64,000 nucleotides of DNA, from positions 1-64,000 of the IMG/VR virus record IMGVR_UViG_3300034190_002401; one strand, 5' to 3'. The translations under genes were made by a program, and so were the position numbers. This DNA comes from a virus. This document shows positions 58,830 to 64,000 of the stretch, one piece after another (positions within the stretch are counted from its first letter, which is position 1; the number at the start of each line of letters is the position of its first letter). Under the pieces are notes generated by a model, which saw only the letters and a program-made list of their open reading frames with translations, searched no databases and had not been told where the DNA came from.

Positions 58830-59011
58830 AGGTAGCGAGATACCAGTACAAGCCTGACGGCATGCGGTGCTCTCCTGTGTTTGATACACACAAGGGTAAG
58901 GAGTGGTGCAACGCTGGCTTTGGGACTCATGGACACATAGGTGCGACAGAGGGTATGTCCTTCTGCTCCGCTTGTGGCCAAGAGGTAGGCAAGGAGAAGG
59001 TGGTTGAATGA
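58826..59011 (+). CDS. Small Zn-finger protein
   Basis: FCSACG; coupled ORF. Confidence 0.6.
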   Translation: MKVARYQYKPDGMRCSPVFDTHKGKEWCNAGFGTHGHIGATEGMSFCSACGQEVGKEKVVE

Positions 59012-59187
59012 GTTACTGGGAAAGCCTGACAGAGACACACGAGATACTGGCATGGGAGGAAGGCAGGCTTCAGGGGATGAAGGACATTCGTATGCTCGCC
59101 TTCTCTGTGCCTGCTCCTAAGTGTGTGCTACAAGCCATCAGAGAGCAACAGGAGGTTATCGATGAGATACGAGGTGAGGAAGAATGA
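59008..59187 (+). CDS. 59-aa hypothetical protein (below track cutoff)
   Basis: ATGA overlaps at both ends. Confidence 0.65.
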   Translation: MSYWESLTETHEILAWEEGRLQGMKDIRMLAFSVPAPKCVLQAIREQQEVIDEIRGEEE

Positions 59188-59444
59188 GTGGAGCATCCAT
59201 AGCACTGAACATAGTCAGGAAGCAATACAGGGAGATACGTGAGGCACTTGTTGGAGATGGGATGTTTACCCACTCCGAAGTTTTGCAGAAAGCCTTTTCT
59301 GTATATGACGACAGTCAGGAACTGCTCAAGGTGCAGGACAGGCTAGCCAAGGCGGAGCAACTCATACACGAGTTGACTGGAGAGTCGGACAACTACTACT
59401 GGGATGGTGACGAGTACAGATTCCACTACGAGGTGACAACATGA
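59184..59444 (+). CDS. Hypothetical protein
   Basis: Coupled ORF. Confidence 0.65.
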   Translation: MSGASIALNIVRKQYREIREALVGDGMFTHSEVLQKAFSVYDDSQELLKVQDRLAKAEQLIHELTGESDNYYWDGDEYRFHYEVTT

Positions 59445-59950
59445 ACATATTCGTGTTGGATGAAGACCCAGCGAAGGCAGCACAGGCGATTGATTGTGTG
59501 CGAGTACCGAAGATGGTCACCGAGTCAGCACAGATGATGGCATCAGCCCTGCGTAGGTGGGGTGCTCCTGATGAACGGATGCCGTTGACGAAGGCTGGAC
59601 GTCCATACAAGGGCGGGTACAAAAATCACCCATGCACAATTTTTGCGGGAGATACACGCACTAACTTCTTGTGGCTTGCGACACACGCCTTGGCTTTGTG
59701 TAGAGAGTATGAGCAACGCTTCCTCAAAGAACACGCATGTAAGCAACCAATCATACACATGATAGAATGGATAGAATACATCCCTGAAGGCGACCTTACT
59801 CCATTCGCTCAGGCCATGCCTGACGAGTTCAAACACGAGGATGCAGTACAGGCATACCGTCGCTACTACCACAGCAAGATACACAGTGCAGGTGGTGTGC
59901 ATTACAGACACACAAGCCCGCCTGACTGGTGGATGGGGGTGACGGCATGA
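59441..59950 (+). CDS. Pyrimidine-dimer DNA glycosylase-like (DenV-related) protein
   Basis: MNIFVLDEDP..KMVTESAQM..NHPC..TPFAQAMP..AYRRYY. Confidence 0.75.
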   Translation: MNIFVLDEDPAKAAQAIDCVRVPKMVTESAQMMASALRRWGAPDERMPLTKAGRPYKGGYKNHPCTIFAGDTRTNFLWLATHALALCREYEQRFLKEHACKQPIIHMIEWIEYIPEGDLTPFAQAMPDEFKHEDAVQAYRRYYHSKIHSAGGVHYRHTSPPDWWMGVTA

Positions 59951-60168
59951 ATAGTGGAATGATTGGGGATACGGAGGTCCAGATGCATGCAATCTATGAG
60001 CATGTTTGGGCCATCGATATTATCGAACACACATCTGAGGACACGAAGGAGTTGGTCGAAGGATGGGAAGTCGAAGGATGGGAAGAGGCACTTGCATTGT
60101 ACAATAAAAAGGTAGAGGAAATAGAAGAGGCACATGCAATGAACGAGAGCGAGGAGGTGACGGCGTGA
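59947..60168 (+). CDS. Acidic hypothetical protein
   Basis: ATGA-coupled ORF. Confidence 0.6.
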   Translation: MNSGMIGDTEVQMHAIYEHVWAIDIIEHTSEDTKELVEGWEVEGWEEALALYNKKVEEIEEAHAMNESEEVTA

Positions 60169-60542
60169 GTAAGACACAGGTGTATTGGCACGCTAGTCCA
60201 TACGAGAACCTAACAAGCATACTGGGCAACGGCATACAACCACGCTTCGGTGAGGTGTACTGCTCGACTAACCTAGAGGCAAGTGCGAGGTGGATTTGCT
60301 TTACCAGACGAGATGCAGAAAAGGTTGTCCTGATTCCATTCACGGCTAACCCTGATGACATGAGTCTGGGTATAGACCACTCGCCTATGATGACCAAGAT
60401 GCTAGGCGTTCCTGACGAGGGTGCGTCGTATGTCTATGGTCAGACCGTGAACTTCAGGCAGATTGTGTTTGATGATATCAGAATTGTAGACAACCCCTTC
60501 TACAACAAGAACGTAAAGGAGATGATGCAAGGTGAGGAATAG
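60165..60542 (+). CDS. ADP-ribosyltransferase-fold (Tpt1/KptA-like) protein
   Basis: YWHAS..NLTSILGNGIQP..VYCST. Confidence 0.6.
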   Translation: MSKTQVYWHASPYENLTSILGNGIQPRFGEVYCSTNLEASARWICFTRRDAEKVVLIPFTANPDDMSLGIDHSPMMTKMLGVPDEGASYVYGQTVNFRQIVFDDIRIVDNPFYNKNVKEMMQGEE

Positions 60543-60654
60543 GCTCTCATGCAGATGGTGTGGGGCTAAGGTGCACTGGGGGCACGACCGAAGGGGAAAG
60601 TGCGATAGTTGTAGGCTTTCCCATTTAAAGGAACAAGAGAGGAGAGATGTATGA
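60532..60654 (+). CDS. 40-aa zinc-ribbon peptide
   Basis: GTG start; CRWC..CDSC; ATGA overlap with the next gene. Confidence 0.5.
   Translation: MRNRLSCRWCGAKVHWGHDRRGKCDSCRLSHLKEQERRDV
60614..60635 (+). promoter_or_regulatory. Early promoter copy 5
   Basis: GGCTTTCCCATTTAAAGGAACA; TTTAAA 27 nt before ATG 60651. Confidence 0.85.
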
Positions 60655-61271
60655 AACAAGCAGAACAGATGAAATGGACAGATGGTGTGGGTAAGGCACT
60701 CGCATCACTAGGAGCAGTAATAACGAAAGCGGAGAAGGCTCGCTATGATGATAGTGAGGAATACTTCAGTGACCCTGAGATAATGGTCATGGATATGAGG
60801 ACAGGTTCGACCGTCATGGTACAGACAGAGCCACACACAGGTGGCAGGACACAGGGACATGGATACAGGAAGGAAGCCGGATGGGAGCAGAGGATACCGA
60901 TGAAAGTGCCTTTGACCCTACAGAGGAACATCCTGTTGGACATGCTTGTGGGTATGCTAGTACCTGCGGATTCAGACACAGCAGGTCCACTGGGCAAAGC
61001 GGCATACACACGTATTGCTGAGGCACTGAAGGAAGGACTTGAGATGTCTATCAGCACTGACAAGGAATTGGCCAAGCACTGGAAGGACAAGTATGCGAAG
61101 CATGCTAAACTGGTGGATGAGATATCATCACAAATCAATGATTTGACTATGACCAAGATGTCAGGCAGACAACAGATACGTGTTGAAGCCGTACCTGTGA
61201 CCAATGCAATTCTTAACCCTGAACTCGTAGGAGAGAGCATCTCAACACAAGAGGCAGAGGTGATTCAATGA
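60651..61271 (+). CDS. Hypothetical protein
   Basis: 206 aa behind promoter. Confidence 0.75.
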   Translation: MKQAEQMKWTDGVGKALASLGAVITKAEKARYDDSEEYFSDPEIMVMDMRTGSTVMVQTEPHTGGRTQGHGYRKEAGWEQRIPMKVPLTLQRNILLDMLVGMLVPADSDTAGPLGKAAYTRIAEALKEGLEMSISTDKELAKHWKDKYAKHAKLVDEISSQINDLTMTKMSGRQQIRVEAVPVTNAILNPELVGESISTQEAEVIQ

Positions 61272-61531
61272 ATGAGATAAGATTGTCAAAGGACATGAAG
61301 TCTATGTTGCTACATCTAGTGGGCTTCGATGATACGCCTAAGAGAATGGCAGGTCAAATACACAATGAGTTTTGTGATAAACCAACAGAGTTGCCAGACT
61401 CTAAACTTGTGAAAGATACCATACGACTTTTGAAACACTGTGGTGACTTTTGGGGAGTAGATTTGGTTGAGCCTTTCATAACACACTTGAACGAGATGAT
61501 GGAATGGGCAGACGTGAAGGTGGAAGTATGA
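61268..61531 (+). CDS. Hypothetical protein
   Basis: Coupled ORF with GAGGTGA SD. Confidence 0.7.
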   Translation: MNEIRLSKDMKSMLLHLVGFDDTPKRMAGQIHNEFCDKPTELPDSKLVKDTIRLLKHCGDFWGVDLVEPFITHLNEMMEWADVKVEV

Positions 61532-62103
61532 TTACGACTCAGAACATATACGACATACTCCATGGTGTTGCAGAAAAGGTGAACGACACACCAATACCCG
61601 AAGAGGCTATGTCTTACACTAGGATGAGGAACAAAGCCAAGGAACGCATACACAATGAGGCACATGACACTGCTCACATGCATTCCATGTACGTTTTGGA
61701 TTCGGTCATGTTGAACCAAGTCGATACTATGGATGACATAGGTTGGGAGATTCTCTACAGCAACGTAAGTGAGAGGGAGAACATACCCCTGTCATTTGCA
61801 CGTGGCCTTTCCTACAATCTGAACCCTGACCCGATGGTCAAGAAGTTGTATTGCAAGGTGGATAAAGAAAGCATAGAAGACAATCAGAGGATTTTGATTG
61901 GTATTGTATTCGATGGTGTCAAGAATGGATTCTGGGAGTTGGATGATGCGAGGTCATTCGCAGACAAGAAATGCCCAGACATACCGTACTTTGACAAGGA
62001 TGAGTGGGTGAAGACACTCTCACAGATGATGGGCGGTCATGTTATAGAAGACCTTATTGACACAGATATCCCAGAGGGTGGTGACGATGTCTACCTATTC
62101 TAA
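61528..62103 (+). CDS. Hypothetical protein
   Basis: ATGA-coupled start (MITTQN). Confidence 0.7.
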   Translation: MITTQNIYDILHGVAEKVNDTPIPEEAMSYTRMRNKAKERIHNEAHDTAHMHSMYVLDSVMLNQVDTMDDIGWEILYSNVSERENIPLSFARGLSYNLNPDPMVKKLYCKVDKESIEDNQRILIGIVFDGVKNGFWELDDARSFADKKCPDIPYFDKDEWVKTLSQMMGGHVIEDLIDTDIPEGGDDVYLF

Positions 62104-62107
62104 TTTA

Positions 62108-62220
62108 CATTCCTTGATTGCTGTAGTCTCGTGGTGGCGGGGGCTACAAAAAGCAGTCATCGGAAGTTTCGTTTGTGTTTTATACATCCCTACCGTCACC
62201 ACCAAAACACATGGATGTGA
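62108..62220 (+). ncRNA. Candidate structured cis-regulatory RNA (hairpin, loop pairing, pseudoknot)
   Basis: Five complementary segment pairs in a 120-nt intergenic gap; mismatches are G-U on the plus strand. Confidence 0.55.
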
Positions 62221-62223
62221 TGC

Positions 62224-62535
62224 ATGATGGCTGAGAAGTATGTTGAACACACGTTGACTACGAAGTCGTTTCTCCCCTATGGTAAGTTCATCAATCACAT
62301 GGGAGAGATAGCCGAACTGTGTGAGGAAGTCATGTACATCACCTACAATGGTGAGGAACGTGAAGTGCTTCTGGCTATGCCCGCTAAACCAGTTTTGGAA
62401 TGCTGTCCATTGTGTAAGGGTAAAATACATGATGGGAGTGTGGTGGTAATTACCGACTCGCACAGTCTATTCCCATGTTGGGAATGCGAGCAGTTGGTGG
62501 AACAGGAAAACACAGGAGATGCAATAGATGAGTGA
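62224..62535 (+). CDS. Zn-binding hypothetical protein
   Basis: CPLC..CWEC. Confidence 0.65.
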   Translation: MMAEKYVEHTLTTKSFLPYGKFINHMGEIAELCEEVMYITYNGEEREVLLAMPAKPVLECCPLCKGKIHDGSVVVITDSHSLFPCWECEQLVEQENTGDAIDE

Positions 62536-63250
62536 GTTTGAAATAAATGAAGAGATGAAGACATGGGCGAAGAACCATTTCGATAACATGGGTATCGGTG
62601 GTGTGTGGAGTCCAGAAGGAACGGGACTGACATACCAGAAGGTGACAGACGACAGTTGGAAGGTGATTCGTATGATGAATCATCCTACAGTTCAGGAGAA
62701 CCACATGAGGTTCTCTACAATCATGATGAGTGTTGGGATAAACATGGTCATGGGCGATGAGGTGGCATACGACCCACCTGCATCATCTGAGGAAGCCTAT
62801 GCACAGGAGACAGCACACAGGATGGAGATAGCGAAGTCTTGGGCGTGTTCTGAATGTGGACACAAACTAGCCGAACTGGATTTGGAGACGGCTCGCCCTA
62901 GTTTCGAGGGGGAACAGGAGATTCTACTTGAAGATGGCAACACACATGAGGTTGAGGTATGGGCCTATGGTCTGTCATGCTCATGCGGTCATGTCACTAA
63001 GATAGACCCTGATGACTTCCATCTACTAGCAGGTGACTATCTGTTCATGAGGTATGTCAACAGCGAGGGAACTCTAAGACAATGTATGACTAGGAAGCAG
63101 ATGGTCGAGATGGCTGACGCTGAGAATCCTGAGTTAGGTGTAGTGCTTGGGAGCAAAGACCCAGACACAGGAGAGCGTGTTCCCTCATGGATGTGGGGTA
63201 CGTACTGCATGAGTGTTGAGAGATGGGGACTGACTGACGAGGAGGAGTGA
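62528..63250 (+). CDS. Hypothetical protein with Zn ribbon
   Basis: CSECG..CSCG. Confidence 0.7.
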   Translation: MSEFEINEEMKTWAKNHFDNMGIGGVWSPEGTGLTYQKVTDDSWKVIRMMNHPTVQENHMRFSTIMMSVGINMVMGDEVAYDPPASSEEAYAQETAHRMEIAKSWACSECGHKLAELDLETARPSFEGEQEILLEDGNTHEVEVWAYGLSCSCGHVTKIDPDDFHLLAGDYLFMRYVNSEGTLRQCMTRKQMVEMADAENPELGVVLGSKDPDTGERVPSWMWGTYCMSVERWGLTDEEE

Positions 63251-63531
63251 AGATGGGCGAAGAGCACGTCTGGCGTTCAGTGAGCATGGAAGGCAAGTGG
63301 AAGGATGGCAAGGGAGACGTTGCTGTCAGGCGTGTTGATTACTATGACAAGGTCTGGTTGGATTTCAGAATCATGAATGTTCAAGATGGTAAGAACCAAC
63401 ACACACGACACGGAGTCAGACTCACAGCAGAGCAAGTGAAGGAACTCATACCCAGACTTGTTGACTTCATCAATGAGTATGAAGACCAGAAAGAACAACA
63501 GGAAAGACAGCCCGAAAAAAATGTGGCTTAG
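63247..63531 (+). CDS. PC4-like ssDNA-binding/transcription coactivator
   Basis: WLDFR..TRHGVRLTAEQVKEL resembles PC4 'vDiR..TkKGisL'. Confidence 0.75.
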   Translation: MKMGEEHVWRSVSMEGKWKDGKGDVAVRRVDYYDKVWLDFRIMNVQDGKNQHTRHGVRLTAEQVKELIPRLVDFINEYEDQKEQQERQPEKNVA

Positions 63532-63622
63532 GTTATCCTGTTAGAAATGAAAGTGAAAACCCTGAGAGTATATGAACTAAGCAAACTACAGTTATAAGGC
63601 AACAACAAAATGAAAAGGAGAG

Positions 63623-63862
63623 ATGAAAGTGAAAGAAGAAAGAGCAACAAGTGTATCTCATGTTGAGTTTGAGATATTGAATGAATTAATCGAGACTGTA
63701 GACCTAGAGTCTCTGAAGCAGATTATGGTTGACGACAAGGTGACAGGCAAGCGTTGGGACTCAGGTGCAAAGAACGTGCTCCTGTTGCTTGAGAACATGA
63801 AGGATAGGAGGCGACATAGATTGAAGCCTGACCATCCTGACTACAGGGGGAAGGAGAAATGA
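63623..63862 (+). CDS. Hypothetical protein
   Basis: AAGGAG SD; TTATAA upstream. Confidence 0.65.
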   Translation: MKVKEERATSVSHVEFEILNELIETVDLESLKQIMVDDKVTGKRWDSGAKNVLLLLENMKDRRRHRLKPDHPDYRGKEK

Positions 63863-64000
63863 TTCACTTCCGTATATTAGACAAGACGCTTTGCGGTGCT
63901 GACTACAAAGAGCCTAGCAAGAAAGTAGCGAAGGATGGTAGATTCTGTGATGAATGCATACAGGTAATGTGGCAAGAGCAGTACAGGCGAAACACACTCA
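63859..64000 (+). CDS. Partial hypothetical protein
   Basis: ATGA-coupled start MIHFRILDKTLCG..CDEC; runs off the window. Confidence 0.55.
   Translation, partial: MIHFRILDKTLCGADYKEPSKKVAKDGRFCDECIQVMWQEQYRRNTL

Noticed and set aside
62108-62220. tRNA, hammerhead ribozyme or simple terminator
   Set aside because: No cloverleaf or TTCRA loop, no correctly ordered CUGANGA/GAAA core, and no U-tract directly after the hairpin
47764-63498. Minus-strand ORFs in the early arm
   Set aside because: They are shadows of tightly coupled plus-strand genes
1-64000. Provirus boundary, host genes, rRNA/tRNA, integrase or DNA polymerase
   Set aside because: None recognised; the whole window looks viral and replication genes presumably lie outside it

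Overview
This window is 64 kb of a tailed (HK97-fold) dsDNA virus genome with an archaeal host. The evidence is GGTGA/GAGGTGA Shine-Dalgarno sites, TATA-type promoters about 26 nt before leaderless starts, and PIP-box-like motifs. It is most plausibly a 'magrovirus' of Marine Group II Poseidoniales, which is an inference from gene content and not a database hit. Two arms diverge at about 47.2 kb. The left arm (minus strand, 47.1 kb to 1) holds late genes in this order: small putative virion-cargo proteins, a small-GTPase plus membrane-protein operon, terminase, a LAGLIDADG protein, portal, a 1830-aa protein with a degenerate DNA-ligase domain, prohead protease/scaffold, major capsid protein, head-tail and tail genes with a probable -1 frameshifted chaperone, and a >2796-aa LamG tail protein that the ORF track missed. 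The right arm (plus strand) holds early genes behind five copies of one promoter: a PEP-synthase-like dikinase next to a CX5R phosphatase, a second phosphatase, a HARP/SNF2 helicase, DUF932, a DenV-like glycosylase, an ART-like protein and PC4. The most unusual signals are: (1) the first early gene is tiled with about 25 perfect short-loop hairpins next to a GCGATTAAC array; (2) many unrelated late proteins share an A-[WF]-x2-3-L-K motif, a candidate capsid-targeting/cleavage tag, with ART domains and PIP boxes among the cargo; (3) a viral Arf/Rab-like GTPase membrane module; (4) a dikinase-phosphatase module; (5) a multi-pseudoknot intergenic RNA at 62.1 kb. All family assignments are by-eye motif recognition.
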